Positions 56,482 to 64,000 of a stretch of 64,000 nt of DNA are shown piece after piece. The notes below the pieces were generated by a model. That model searched no databases, was not told the DNA's origin, and worked only from the letters and a program-made list of their open reading frames with translations. Source of the stretch: Nanobdellota archaeon (GTDB taxonomy: Archaea > Nanobdellota > Nanobdellia > PEZQ01); NCBI GenBank assembly GCA_018220985.1, contig JAAOXS010000003.1:8367-72366 (forward strand). Reading direction: 5' to 3'. The first letter of the stretch is position 1. Each line of letters starts with the position of its first letter. Both the position numbers and the translations under genes were made by a program.

Positions 56482-59400
56482 AAGAATGTGCTAAGTGATT
56501 GTTGTTTTTCTTTTTCTTTACCGAAAACAGAGTCTATTCTCATTTTTAAAAGTTCAAGTGATTGCATCAAGTAGGGTTGAACCGTGTATTTTCTCGCAAG
56601 TTCAAGTGATTGTTCAACATATTTTACAACGCTACCTTCATGAATTGTTAGTAATATATCACCATTGCAGAGCAAACATTTTCCGAGCAGTGGAATTCTG
56701 CGATATTTTTCATTACATGATACGCATCTGAATTTTTGTTGTGAGAATTTTCTTAAGTTACCTTTTATATCTCTAAGAAAGTGTCTTTCAATAACTAGTG
56801 ATGCAACTTTTGACGAGTCTATTGCTTTTATCCTAACAGCGATATCCATTTGTTTTTCAACTTTTTCAGCCATTGTTGGTAAAAGTTTGTAAGAACTTAC
56901 TGTTACACCATCATTAAAGTTTTTAACAGGATGAGTGAACCCGTAATTCTCGTATTGTTCGGGTTTTTCAAGTACGTTTTCAATAATTCCAACATTAATT
57001 TCTGTTGGGAATGGAAATTTTTGTGTTTCATAATAAAATTTTTTAGAATATTCCCATACCAAATCCATGTTGTAAACTTCATCATCAACAACTGATGTGT
57101 CAAGGGCTAGTGCGAGAACCAATGGGCAATCCATGTTTTTTGTTCCTCTTAAGTTAGGTAAGTATTCGTGACTAAAGTTTATGAACGCGTCAAGCAATAA
57201 CATGAATCCTACTTCATCACCGTCACAATCACGTCTTGTAGCTGCGTGAAGTAGTGGGTGTGCAAGTCCGCCTTGAGTTTTTGTAAACCCAATTATCCTA
57301 GTTAACGTTCCTGCTGAGGTATGAGGAGCGAGGGCTATGCAAAGTGTACCTGCCAGGTCGTCGCAATTTTTTGCATTATAGTATTTTGGCAGTCCGTACA
57401 TTTTTTCTAAAAGTTCATCTAAAAATTTTGTTATGTTCATAACCACTTTTGATAAATCGGAATCCGCTAATTCTTTACACGCTGGTAGAACAATGTCTTG
57501 TGGTTTTAATTCAAGAATTTGATTTTCGTTTTCAAGTTCTTTTCCTTCAATGTCTTTTTCATATCCTAAAAATTTAAGTTTTTGAATTGAAGTTCCTATT
57601 TCACAGGGCTTAAAATGTGTTAAAGGTAGTTCTGTTACGTCCATTCTTATTGTTCCATCTTTGTTAACGTAAACTTTATTTAAAGCGCGTAAAATTCCTT
57701 TTTCAAGTCTTTCAGCTACATGACGTTCATTACTTGTTCCTTTAACCCCTTTCATGAGAGGTGGTAGTACGCAATATTTTTGCCCGAATGTTTCCTTGTT
57801 TTTTTTGCATCTTAAATTTTCTAAAGCTTTATCAATTAAGAACACAACATCAACTACACGATTATCGTATTGTGCTGTTTTAGTGTTACAGTGCTCTTTA
57901 TCTGATGTGTAGTTTTTGCAAACTTTGCAAACACTCCAATTCTTTGTTTTTGAACCGCACTTATCGCAAACCCCGAAAACAGTTGTTAAATTGCATTTTT
58001 CGCAAAAGTATAGTGAAAAGCTTGTTTTAACATATCCTTCTTCGTAAGCTGCGTTAAGACTTCTAAGTCTTCCCCCTTGTTCACTAACAGGAAATAATAT
58101 GTGGGGTGATGATTTCATTTTGCGCATTTTTGCTTTTTCAGGTCTTCCCATTCTCGCACCCATAGTATATCCCGTAACATCTCTAATCTCGAATGGTGCG
58201 ACTTTGTTTATTATTTCAAGAGTTGTTAATGCTTTTTCTTCTGAAATAATGATTGTTCGTTGTTCTTGGAATATGTTGTTTATTTTTTCAAAAGATTCTT
58301 CATATCCAAGAGAGTCAAGTATTGATTTTGATGTTTCAACATCAAAAGTTATGTTATTCAAAATCATTTTATGAGGTATTAGTAAGTTTTCAAGAATTTT
58401 TTTGAATTCTATTTCAAAATCAACTACGAGTTGAACGTTTTCAAAGTTTTTAACTCGTTTGTTCGAAATATGATTAACTAATGTTTTAAGTTCTTGGGGA
58501 GTTATTAGTTTCCAAAAAAAAGTATGGTATGGGTGTAGCGGTGTTCCAGTTTGGATTGATATTTGTTTTGCTGTTTCGTAGCTTATTTTTTCAAATTTGT
58601 TTTTTAATATTTCATCATAATCAATCGTGTTTGATAATGTTTCTTTTATATTATTTTTAAGTTCTAAAGCCCACCATTCTTCAACAAAGGGTGATGGTAC
58701 TAGTAAGTGCTTATGCTCTAAAAATGCACCGTAATTAATTAATACATCACCCAAAAATAGTATTTCTTTAATTCGTTTTTTAACGTTCTCGTATGTTTCG
58801 TAATCATCCACTCGTAATACACTCCCATCATCAAGTTTTACAACAGGTCCTCTCATCACTTCACAAGTTGTTATAGTGCATCCTTTGCCAGGTCTTTCAA
58901 TTGCTAGTTGTGTTCCAATTGCTAAAAAATTATTAAGAATGTATGATGTTGTTGGGTTAAAACCATAACCTTCAACTCCTGAAACCCTTGTTCGACCGTA
59001 TCGTATTCTAAAACCATGAGGGTGTGATGGAAATGATAGTATTGGTCTTCCTCCAATCGCGTCTCGTAAGTATTTGAAATTTGGAGCTACTTTCACGCCG
59101 TCAGAGTTTTCTTTTTTTGAGCCTGAGTAAATCTTTTTTTGAAAAGTTATGAATTCTTCAAGAAATTTAAGCCAGTGACCTAGTTCAAAGTCGTTTGCAA
59201 ATTTTTTTAATCCGCCTAATAATTTTTTGCTTTTTTGAGCTACACCTTCTCCTAACACAAGACACATCCCTCCACGTATCTTGCTTGTTTCAACTCTTCC
59301 AACTTCTTTATACAAGATTACTTCTTTTTTTGAAGTTGGCGTACCATTAAGCTCTATTGGCAAAAAATTGATTAATAATTCTGTTTCCTCTTCTGATGGG

Positions 59401-60026
59401 AAGTATTGAAGTCGTGATACCCTATCATTGTATAGTTCAAGTTCATGGTAGTATCTTTTGATTTCATCTTTTGTTGGGTCGTAAGACGCGTAACCTAACA
59501 ATTTCCGAGCGTAATCCGCAAGCACCACTGATATTGCTTCTGCAGTTCCTCCTGCTGCACGTATTGGACCGGCGTAGTATATTGCTACGTACTTTTTCCC
59601 GTCAGCTCTGTCTTTTTCTTTAACACCTATCATTCCTTCAAGTGGTGCTGATACCGTTCCTTGTGTCATGTACGCTAATCCAATTCTAACACTTAGTTCT
59701 AATATTTTTATTTTTTCAGGTATTTTAACGAATTTTTGTTCTGCACATTCTTTGCATAGTGTGAATCCTACTCTCCAATCCCCTGGTTCGTATTTTTTTT
59801 CTAGTTCAACTATTCTTTCAGCTATACCTGTTCCTTTTATTTCAGGGTGGACAGCTGATACAAGTCCTTCAACTCGTTCACCTATATTTCTTGCAAGTGA
59901 TATTTCAACAATAGGTTTAGGATCATAATTTTTAGCTCTTGCTTTTGAAGCTATTTCAAATTCTTTTAAGGATTTAAGTTCTAATTCTTCAAAATACTTA
60001 TTTATTAAATCTGATGCGACAATCAT
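56478..60026 (-). CDS. polD2: DNA polymerase D large subunit DP2
   Basis: YYAGPIRAAGGT, FRIRYGRTR, GARMGRPEKAK, NKDGTIR, RRDCDGDE catalytic motif, C-terminal Zn finger and PIP QQSLSTFF; no intein. Confidence 0.97.
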   Translation of the reverse strand: MIVASDLINKYFEELELKSLKEFEIASKARAKNYDPKPIVEISLARNIGERVEGLVSAVHPEIKGTGIAERIVELEKKYEPGDWRVGFTLCKECAEQKFVKIPEKIKILELSVRIGLAYMTQGTVSAPLEGMIGVKEKDRADGKKYVAIYYAGPIRAAGGTAEAISVVLADYARKLLGYASYDPTKDEIKRYYHELELYNDRVSRLQYFPSEEETELLINFLPIELNGTPTSKKEVILYKEVGRVETSKIRGGMCLVLGEGVAQKSKKLLGGLKKFANDFELGHWLKFLEEFITFQKKIYSGSKKENSDGVKVAPNFKYLRDAIGGRPILSFPSHPHGFRIRYGRTRVSGVEGYGFNPTTSYILNNFLAIGTQLAIERPGKGCTITTCEVMRGPVVKLDDGSVLRVDDYETYENVKKRIKEILFLGDVLINYGAFLEHKHLLVPSPFVEEWWALELKNNIKETLSNTIDYDEILKNKFEKISYETAKQISIQTGTPLHPYHTFFWKLITPQELKTLVNHISNKRVKNFENVQLVVDFEIEFKKILENLLIPHKMILNNITFDVETSKSILDSLGYEESFEKINNIFQEQRTIIISEEKALTTLEIINKVAPFEIRDVTGYTMGARMGRPEKAKMRKMKSSPHILFPVSEQGGRLRSLNAAYEEGYVKTSFSLYFCEKCNLTTVFGVCDKCGSKTKNWSVCKVCKNYTSDKEHCNTKTAQYDNRVVDVVFLIDKALENLRCKKNKETFGQKYCVLPPLMKGVKGTSNERHVAERLEKGILRALNKVYVNKDGTIRMDVTELPLTHFKPCEIGTSIQKLKFLGYEKDIEGKELENENQILELKPQDIVLPACKELADSDLSKVVMNITKFLDELLEKMYGLPKYYNAKNCDDLAGTLCIALAPHTSAGTLTRIIGFTKTQGGLAHPLLHAATRRDCDGDEVGFMLLLDAFINFSHEYLPNLRGTKNMDCPLVLALALDTSVVDDEVYNMDLVWEYSKKFYYETQKFPFPTEINVGIIENVLEKPEQYENYGFTHPVKNFNDGVTVSSYKLLPTMAEKVEKQMDIAVRIKAIDSSKVASLVIERHFLRDIKGNLRKFSQQKFRCVSCNEKYRRIPLLGKCLLCNGDILLTIHEGSVVKYVEQSLELARKYTVQPYLMQSLELLKMRIDSVFGKEKEKQQSLSTFF

Positions 60027-60072
60027 TTATTTAATTAGGAATTAAGTGCCTAATAAAAGATTTTTGATAGTG

Positions 60073-61530
60073 TTAGTTAAAATCCATAACACTAACTTTT
60101 CGTGTTTTAAGATTTATGATTGGTACAATAGCTGGTGTTGGTTTATGACCTAGTCTTTCAGCGTATGTTTCACCTGTTGTTCTTTCAAAACATGAGCATG
60201 TAATTACATTAATATGGTTTAAAACACTTGTTCGTAAATTATGAATGTGTCCTGTTGCTACTATGTCCGGAACAATTTCTATTATCATTTTATCTTCTGA
60301 CGATGGTACGAATAGTGATGACCCGTGTGTTGGTGCTAAGTGACGTTTTTTTAGTAAGAATTCAACTACTTTTTCAACAGCGCCGTAACCTCCTGCGTTT
60401 CGTAAGCTTTGCACATCAAGACAGTAATGGTCAAGTGAGTATCCATGATACATTAATACTATAAATCCAAGTGAGCCTTCAACTTCGTGTATTTTAAGAT
60501 ACGCTGGGTTTGATACCATTGTAACATTTTTCATTTCGTAAAGTTCTTTTAAAAAAATTTTTGGGTAAGGTGGTTGCGGTTCCGCTATTCGCGTGCCATC
60601 ATGGTTTCCGGGGCATATTATTATTTGTACGTGTTCAGGTATTTGTTTAATAAATTTTGTGAAAACATTAAATTGTTCGTAAATGTCTTTTATAACTAAG
60701 TCATTTTCTTGTGATGGGTAGATTCCAATGCCATCAACAACGTCACCAATTATGAATAAGTAACCAAGTTTTTTTGAGGTTTCTCTTTGTTCTGGTGAGC
60801 CTGCACTTCCTTTAACCCAGTCAATAAATTTTGTGAATGATTCTTCCATAAACGCTGTTGAACCAATATGAATATCTGATATGAATGCTGCGTAAACTTC
60901 ATCACTTGATTTTTTGAATTCAAAATTTGTAGGCATGTCTGGAAAAAATATTTCATTTGCGAAAATAAATCCTCTTGCTTTTGAGCCTGTGATTCCAATA
61001 ACTTCATCAAGAACAATGTCTTGTGATTTTTTGTAAAGGTCTGAATTTTTTTCAGTTATCATGATTTTAACATTACCTGTTGGGTCTTCAAGTGTAATAA
61101 TCATATTATTGTTTTTTGTTAAACTAATATTTGAAACCATTCCAATCATGCTTATTTTACTCGTATTATTTTCTTCTGAAATGTTTTTTGCTGAATTAAC
61201 ATTTGATAGTTCAGGTCTGTTTTTGAGAAAACTGCTTATTTTTTCAAAACGGTCGTTGTAAAATTCAACAAATGTGTTAACCTTTTTTTTAGAATCTTCA
61301 TCTTCAAAGCTTTTAAGAATTTCAACATGAGTGTTTGGAAAATCATTATTAATTGTTTCCATTTTTTTATTTGTAAAATCATTGTAAATGGACATGTTTA
61401 GTATTTTAATCTTAAAATGGTTCGCGTGAACGTGTGAGTAAAGTTCTTGTAATTGTGAGGATTTCATTTGTAAGAGTTCAGGTGCTAATAAATAACCTTT
61501 TTGTCTGAATAAATTAATTATTTCTTTCAT
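60073..61530 (-). CDS. polD1: DNA polymerase D small subunit DP1 (proofreading exonuclease)
   Basis: OB fold LEDPTG, ISDIHIGS, GDVVDGIGIYP, PGNHD, YHG, HLAPTHG, GHIH. Confidence 0.97.
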   Translation of the reverse strand: MKEIINLFRQKGYLLAPELLQMKSSQLQELYSHVHANHFKIKILNMSIYNDFTNKKMETINNDFPNTHVEILKSFEDEDSKKKVNTFVEFYNDRFEKISSFLKNRPELSNVNSAKNISEENNTSKISMIGMVSNISLTKNNNMIITLEDPTGNVKIMITEKNSDLYKKSQDIVLDEVIGITGSKARGFIFANEIFFPDMPTNFEFKKSSDEVYAAFISDIHIGSTAFMEESFTKFIDWVKGSAGSPEQRETSKKLGYLFIIGDVVDGIGIYPSQENDLVIKDIYEQFNVFTKFIKQIPEHVQIIICPGNHDGTRIAEPQPPYPKIFLKELYEMKNVTMVSNPAYLKIHEVEGSLGFIVLMYHGYSLDHYCLDVQSLRNAGGYGAVEKVVEFLLKKRHLAPTHGSSLFVPSSEDKMIIEIVPDIVATGHIHNLRTSVLNHINVITCSCFERTTGETYAERLGHKPTPAIVPIINLKTRKVSVMDFN

Positions 61531-61581
61531 TATTTTCTAATTGTGATTAAAGAAAAAGCATTATTTAACGTATGTGGTAAT

Positions 61582-62805
61582 TCATAATTCAAGATGGTTT
61601 TTCAAAAATAATCCTATTCTGTTAAGCGTGTCTTCAGGTATTGAAAGAGTAATTTCACGAGTTCTACCATATCTTCCTTGAGATATTACTCGTGCATTTA
61701 TTATTCCTAGCATGTCTAACTCAGAGATTAAATCGGAAATTCGTCGTTGCGTGAGTTTTTTGAGGTTTATATTGTTACAGAAAGCCTTGTATATTTCATA
61801 AATGTCTCCTGTAGAGGCAGGTTCATTTCTCCCTTCATAGTAGGACATGACAGCGTAAAGAACTATTTGACTTTGTTTTGGTTGTTTTATAATCGCTTCC
61901 ATAAGCCTGTCTTTTTCCATTTTATTATCTGCTATATCTATGTGTTCTTCAGTTATTATTTGGGAAGCGTCTCTTTCAGCTAACTCTCCAGCGACTCTTA
62001 ATAAATCAAGAGCACGTCTTGCATCACCATGTTCTCTTGCAGCGTAAGCTGCGCATTTTGAAATAACACTTTCACTAATAACATTATCATAAAATGATTG
62101 TTTGGATCTTTCTTGGAGAATATCTCTTAATTGAAGAGCGTTATATGGTGAGAAAATTATTTCTTCCTCACCTAAACTTGATTTAACTCGTGCGTCGAGT
62201 TTTTCAGTGAAGCGAAGGTCGTTAGAAATACCAATGAATGTGAGTTCAGAATTTTTAAGTGATGAATTAATTCTAGTTAAGTTATATAATATTTCATCAC
62301 CCGCTTTGTTGATTAAATGGTCAATTTCATCAAGGACGAGCACTATTATTCTTTTTTTATCATCAATTGTTTTGTAAAAAATGTTGTAAACTTCATCAGT
62401 TGGAAGTCCTGTTGGCGGAACTGTTTTTCCAAAAGACTCTGCTAATTGAGCGATTAATCTATATTCAGTATCTGCAACGCGTTTAAGTTTACAATTTAAA
62501 TAAATAAATTTTATGTCAACTTCTCTTTCCTTAGATTTTTCAACAAGTTTGTTAATAACGTGTGATACAGTAACTGTTTTACCAGTACCTGTTTTACCAT
62601 AAATGAATAAGTTTGATGGTTTTTCCATTCTTAAACAAGGTGCAAGAATTTTTGCTATTTGCATTATTTGCTCATCCCTATGAGGAATATTTTCAGGAGT
62701 GTGTTTTTGAGTTAATGATGCTTTGTCAAGAAATATTCTTTTATTTTCGAGAAAGTCATTAAAAATATCATCCAAGGATTTCTGAGTAACTCCCACCATA
62801 CACAT
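61582..62805 (-). CDS. cdc6: Orc1/Cdc6 replication initiator
   Basis: PHRDEQI, YGKTGTGKT Walker A, VLDEID Walker B, HGDARRALDLLR, wHTH ELDMLGII...GRYGRT; start 62805 or 62799. Confidence 0.97.
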   Translation of the reverse strand: MCMVGVTQKSLDDIFNDFLENKRIFLDKASLTQKHTPENIPHRDEQIMQIAKILAPCLRMEKPSNLFIYGKTGTGKTVTVSHVINKLVEKSKEREVDIKFIYLNCKLKRVADTEYRLIAQLAESFGKTVPPTGLPTDEVYNIFYKTIDDKKRIIVLVLDEIDHLINKAGDEILYNLTRINSSLKNSELTFIGISNDLRFTEKLDARVKSSLGEEEIIFSPYNALQLRDILQERSKQSFYDNVISESVISKCAAYAAREHGDARRALDLLRVAGELAERDASQIITEEHIDIADNKMEKDRLMEAIIKQPKQSQIVLYAVMSYYEGRNEPASTGDIYEIYKAFCNNINLKKLTQRRISDLISELDMLGIINARVISQGRYGRTREITLSIPEDTLNRIGLFLKNHLEL

Positions 62806-63141
62806 TCCACAAGAAATAGAAGTTTATTAATGTTATCCCCACACACCATTATTTCAAATGGAGCTATTTGAAAACGATTTTTGTTTTGAACACCCCACAA
62901 CTTCATATGTAACAACACCATCATTTCCTATGTAAAATAACCTTGATTTCTTATGTAAGGATTATAATATAATAATATAAATAATAATTATTATATAATA
63001 TATATTATTACAATATTGTAATTTATTATATTATTTTTTTTTGTTATTTTTTTTTGTTTTTTTGGAATTGTTTTAATATGGTGTTTTACAGCATTTTCTT
63101 AAGTGTTAATTCATTTTAGTGTTCCATAAGAAATAATGGGG
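62805..63141. other. Replication origin oriC: ORB-like boxes flanking an AT-rich DUE
   Basis: Boxes: + TTCCACAAGAAATAGAAG (62805-62822); - CTCCATTTGAAATAATGGTGTGTGGGG (62863-62837); - TTACATATGAAGTTGTGGGG (62912-62893); - TTACATAGGAAATGATGGTG (62935-62916); - TTACATAAGAAATCAAGG (62958-62941); DUE ~62960-63060; + TTCCATAAGAAATAATGGGG (63122-63141); adjacent to cdc6. Confidence 0.85.
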
Positions 63142-63145
63142 TATG

Positions 63146-63691
63146 TCAGTATTCATAATTTTTTAGCTGTTTTTCTATTTCTTCAATTTCTATTCTATTC
63201 GTTTTTTGTTTATCCCAATTTTTTAATTTTTTAATTTTTTTAGTTATTAATTCGTATTTTTTGGTTCTAATATTAACAGTGTATATTTTGAAGTTTTTTG
63301 CGTATTCATTTATTTCATCTTTTATTTCATCTATTATTGTTTTTGTTATTTCTTCTTTGTTTATTTCTTGGTTTTTTTGTTCCATTTTTTGCAGTTTTAT
63401 TTTTTGCGTTTCATCAAGTATTATTGGTTCTGAGTAAGGTCCGTTTGCATAGTATATTCTTTCTGTTTCATTGCCCCATGTGTAGTTTCCTATTTCTCTT
63501 TTTATGTCTTGTATTAAGAATTCGTTGAGCATTACACCTTTTCTTAGGTTATAGTATACTGTTCTCATTTTTACTGGTCCGAATATTTTTTTGTAGTTTT
63601 TGTATATTTCGTATCCATAAGAATTATTTACGTGTTGGAGTATTGCCGCTATTTTTCTTCTAACTTTGCTTTTTGCAGGTCTACCTCTCAT
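63146..63691 (-). CDS. Uncharacterised winged-helix protein with C-terminal coiled coil, origin-adjacent
   Basis: IAAILQHVNNSYGYEIYKNY...MRTVYYNLRKG...ERIYYANG resembles PadR-like wHTH. Confidence 0.7.
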   Translation of the reverse strand: MRGRPAKSKVRRKIAAILQHVNNSYGYEIYKNYKKIFGPVKMRTVYYNLRKGVMLNEFLIQDIKREIGNYTWGNETERIYYANGPYSEPIILDETQKIKLQKMEQKNQEINKEEITKTIIDEIKDEINEYAKNFKIYTVNIRTKKYELITKKIKKLKNWDKQKTNRIEIEEIEKQLKNYEY

Positions 63692-63762
63692 AATTATTTT
63701 TTTATAATATTGTAATATTTATTCTTTTTGTTTCTTGTGAAATATTGTTTTTTTGTGTTTGA

Positions 63763-63774
63763 CGGACATGTCCG
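63763..63774. promoter_or_regulatory. Perfect 12-bp palindrome, candidate operator
   Basis: CGGACATGTCCG within an otherwise very AT-rich divergent intergenic region. Confidence 0.5.
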
Positions 63775-63822
63775 CTGGTATGGATATTTTTATATTGTTC
63801 GTAATATTTTGTTTTTTTTATA

Positions 63823-64000
63823 ATGATTCAAATTCCTTTTGAGAAAATTATTGAGCGTACTCTTAGTTCTACAAGTCTTTCCCGCGCTGAAGTTTTGAAA
63901 ATGGTTGATGCTAAAAAGGAAAGTATGAAGGGTTTGGTTAGTGATGAGGGTGCTGCTTACATTGTTGCGAACGAGTTGGGCGTGAAATTTTTACCTGATA
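63823..64000 (+). CDS. rpa: Replication protein A (RPA) N-terminal region, runs off the window
   Basis: Not in ORF track: MIQIPFEKIIERTLSSTSLSRAEVLKMVDAKKESMKGLVSDEGAAYIVANELGV resembles the archaeal RPA N-terminal helical domain. Confidence 0.75.
   Translation, partial: MIQIPFEKIIERTLSSTSLSRAEVLKMVDAKKESMKGLVSDEGAAYIVANELGVKFLPD

Noticed and set aside
56478-62805. Inteins in DP2, Cdc6 (also PolB, TopA)
   Set aside because: Lengths are normal, motifs are contiguous, and no splice-junction or LAGLIDADG motifs were seen
62893-62958. 23-bp periodic repeats as a possible mini-CRISPR array
   Set aside because: No room for spacers, units are degenerate, no cas genes; they match ORB-like boxes next to cdc6
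2058-63528. Numerous short F/L/S-rich overlapping ORFs in the track (e.g. 2942-3322, 37446-37754, 45174-45533, 62712-62924)
   Set aside because: Antisense or off-frame to well-supported genes; a by-product of the T-rich plus strand

Overview
AT-rich, gene-dense archaeal chromosomal segment, most likely from a DPANN (Nanobdellota/Woesearchaeota-like) lineage. The domain assignment rests on PolD DP1/DP2, Orc1/Cdc6, an archaeal histone, FEN1, AglB, Dph5 and a class I CCA enzyme; the DPANN assignment is inference from compactness and gene content. Left to right: a partial P-type ATPase (absent from the ORF track); a tRNA-thiolation/Fe-S region (apparently split ThiI, Trx, GDH, HTH-iscS-iscU-DUF1858 operon, tRNA-Val(CAC), TtuA); FEN1; a ~16 kb N-glycosylation locus (aglB, aglH, WbpB/E/D-like diacetamido-sugar genes, GTs, flippases, and an ATP-grasp/PIG-L/PHP/radical SAM module); orphan coiled-coil genes; housekeeping genes (trm5, dph5, prepilin peptidase, cca, Rqc2/NFACT, polB, map, histone, topA, serS, PINA, AK6); a decayed TctA/DUF112 gene; a Cys-rich surface protein; and polD2-polD1-cdc6 next to a clear oriC (six ORB-like boxes, three in exact 23-bp phase, flanking an AT-rich DUE), followed by an uncharacterised winged-helix gene, a perfect GC-rich palindrome and the start of RPA. 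No CRISPR array, rRNA, intein or transposase was seen. All family calls come from motif recognition by eye; no searches were run.
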